Source: Podarcis bocagei (lineage: Eukaryota). Taken from it: 64,000 nucleotides of DNA. The stretch lies in the NCBI GenBank assembly GCA_964188305.1, contig OZ076886.1. One strand, 5' to 3'. A model generated the notes under the pieces. The model saw only the letters and a list, made by a program, of their open reading frames with translations. It was not told the origin of the DNA and did no database searches. Below are positions 63,541-64,000 of this stretch, one piece after another. How positions within the stretch are numbered: position 1 is the first letter of the stretch; each line of letters begins with the position of its first letter. Both the position numbers and the translations under genes were made by a program.

Positions 63541-64000
63541 GGGTTGTTGTGGAGGGTGGCTGGGCTTCTGGCGTTTCTCTAGTTTGTGGAGTTTGTTGGT
63601 GTGTGTGTCTGTCTTATGTGCGGACTCCGTTTCAGCTCTCCAAACGGCTAGTTGTTTGCATTTGTCCCAGAGTGCAGGGTGGATTTTGTTACAAAGTTTG
63701 AGGTGAAGAGTGAGCAGATCTTTGTTGGTTTGGTTTAGTAGGTATCTTTTCTTATGTAGTTCGTTTCTGATTAGGGATAGTTCAGTTCGTTTCAGGATCT
63801 TTCGGTAGCTGGGGTTTTAGAGTGGAATTTAAGTTGGAAGCATGTGGGAATTAAGTTGTTGTCTCGGCAGTTGCGTAGGAACAAGAGATCACATAAGATG
63901 GTGGCTCTTCGGATTTCTAGTTTCTCGTAGGTTCTTGTCAGCTGGAAGGTTTCCTCCCCGTAGAGGTGAGATATTTGCTTTCGTAGATTTTCACGGGTAC

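Larger units (their letters stand above)
61012..64000 (-). mobile_element. Penelope-like retroelement (Poseidon-type), near full length, partial tandem/pseudo-LTR structure, continues beyond the window
   Basis: RT plus C-terminal GIY-YIG ORF. The 25-nt sequence TGCTTTCGTAGATTTTCACGGGTAC occurs at 61012-61036 and 63976-64000 (period 2964 bp). Hammerhead motif in the repeat. Confidence 0.95.

Noticed and set aside
61422-63706. Plus-strand ORFs (113, 69, 74, 110 and 163 aa) as antisense genes
   Set aside because: They are shadows of the A/C-rich PLE coding strand, with no motifs or independent support.

Overview
Vertebrate genomic DNA. The repeat content (Sauria SINE, Squam-type tRNA SINEs, RTE-BovB, CR1, L2, L1, hAT and Tc1/pogo MITEs, solo LTRs) points to a squamate, probably a lacertid lizard. 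It reads as intron or gene desert: I recognise no host protein-coding exon, and several repeat-poor blocks look like conserved non-coding elements. The only long ORF belongs to a young Penelope-like retroelement (PLE, Poseidon-type, RT + C-terminal GIY-YIG) on the minus strand at 61012-64000, which runs off the window. A near-identical 1.08-kb 3' fragment lies at 3154-4229, and both copies sit against (TA)n tracts. The most striking structure is in the PLE terminal repeat. One ~45-nt minimal hammerhead ribozyme motif contains both the stop codon of the RT ORF and an ATG in frame with the protein's N-terminus. Repairing one frameshift therefore gives an ORF slightly longer than the repeat unit itself. 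Other notable items: a twin-primed (5'-inverted) L1 with a 19-bp TSD, a truncated U2 snRNA copy interrupted by a solo LTR, Sauria SINEs with unusual junctions, and a multi-level nested TE stack.
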